This document shows positions 63,008-64,000 of a stretch of DNA of 64,000 bases, one piece after another. The DNA lies in assembly GCF_049075655.1 (NCBI RefSeq), contig NZ_CP157522.1:256001-320000 (forward strand). Direction: 5' to 3'. This DNA is from Methanothermococcus sp. Ax23. GTDB taxonomy: Archaea; AGJL01; Methanococci; Methanococcales; Methanococcaceae. Every line of letters starts with the position of its first letter. Position 1 is the first letter of the stretch. Below the pieces are notes generated by a model. It had not been told where the DNA came from. It saw only the letters and a program-made list of their open reading frames with translations, and did not search any database. A program made the translations under genes and the position numbers.

Positions 63008-63895
63008 TTATGATAATCTATCCAAGTTTCCCAATTTATATTTTAATCCAAGATATCCTCCAATATCCAACAGGATGATGTTTATTATAAGAAATACAAA
63101 TGTGGTGTATATTAACGCCATATCCTGTGTAGATAATGCTAAACCCACCAACAACGCAGGTATTAATATAGATACATCTATTGTAACTCCTATAATTTCA
63201 TAGTCCTTTCCAGATGCTATGCTCATACCCCCTGACACTCCTGCAATAATTGCTATAATTGCACTTAACAATAAGGTGTTTTCATGGAGGTATGTTGTAA
63301 TTATAGGTTTTGGTATTTCAAATAAAATACCCAATAAAAATGCACAGGCTATAACTATCAATGTGCATATTATTTCTTTTTTCATACCTTTATATGCCAG
63401 TTTCTTTTCTTTAAGCACATTTCCAATAGCACTAGCCATTACAGTATCTACCAATGGAGCTATAATCATGGCACCAATCAATGTTGGTATATTATGTTCA
63501 ATTAAACCAATAACTCCCATGACACTTGCCAATATAATTTTTATAATAACATCCTTTGATAATTTTACCATCGATGTGCCTTTATAGTAGAGCTCTAATG
63601 GTGAAAGTTTTGATGATGCTAAACCTTCATCCCTGCATGAAAATGTGATATTTGCAGGCATTATGTTTATTGAACCATAACCTTTCTCGCCGATGCCCAT
63701 TTTTCTCAGTTTTATAACTATCTTTTCGGCATCATCTGTCTTGGCATTGCAGGTAATTATTACTCCATCTTTTATTGAAGTTTTTAAAGGTTCAATTATA
63801 GATATGGAATATGCATCATGTTCTTTTAAAATATCCTCCACTTCATTTAATAGTTTTTTGGGGACTATTATTTTAATATACTTTATATGACTCAC
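63008..63895 (-). CDS. TIGR00341/DUF389-family membrane protein
   Basis: [16 protein letters not shown] and GV.I..S.L.P motifs. Confidence 0.85.
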   Translation of the reverse strand: MSHIKYIKIIVPKKLLNEVEDILKEHDAYSISIIEPLKTSIKDGVIITCNAKTDDAEKIVIKLRKMGIGEKGYGSINIMPANITFSCRDEGLASSKLSPLELYYKGTSMVKLSKDVIIKIILASVMGVIGLIEHNIPTLIGAMIIAPLVDTVMASAIGNVLKEKKLAYKGMKKEIICTLIVIACAFLLGILFEIPKPIITTYLHENTLLLSAIIAIIAGVSGGMSIASGKDYEIIGVTIDVSILIPALLVGLALSTQDMALIYTTFVFLIINIILLDIGGYLGLKYKLGNLDRLS

Positions 63896-64000
63896 CCCTA
63901 TTTATTTTATTGAAATATATTATTTCATATTATATAAATTCCACCAGCGGTGATTGTTAATAAAAAATAAAATAAAAATTAATCGATAGGCAGTAATAAA

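Overview
AT-rich chromosomal segment from a Methanococcales archaeon (Methanococcaceae/Methanothermococcus-like, judged from protein resemblance to M. jannaschii and M. maripaludis families). The host backbone carries cofactor and housekeeping genes (gch3, cofD, methionine synthase, ade, mptB, eppA, NhaP, valS, mat, thiDN, mptE, nreA, nadM, hypE, ilvBN) and four tRNAs. It also has a Ni-free Hyf/Ehr-type membrane complex operon whose HyfB-like gene has an internal deletion. A 1.1-kb IS with a 9-bp TSD sits directly upstream of tRNA-Leu(TAA). A ~21.5-kb element is integrated in that tRNA (59-bp att repeats at 26006-26064 and 47424-47482) and has a pT26-2-like layout. It encodes a primase/SF2-helicase fusion, an integrase with an MJ0366-like RHH partner, a divergent regulatory switch, a HerA/FtsK-type ATPase and a membrane/surface operon. 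That operon includes a fusogen-like spike candidate and an unannotated CC1-like basic DNA-binding protein. Other unusual signals: (i) a 72-bp double-hairpin mini-element downstream of two different tRNAs, each time followed by a duplicate of that tRNA's 3' end; (ii) related hairpin units inserted in-frame into two proteins; (iii) a catalytic-domain-only tyrosine recombinase paired with an HTH gene, present in both the element and the host; (iv) strong over-representation of GAGCTC. All homology calls are from motif recognition by eye; no searches were run.
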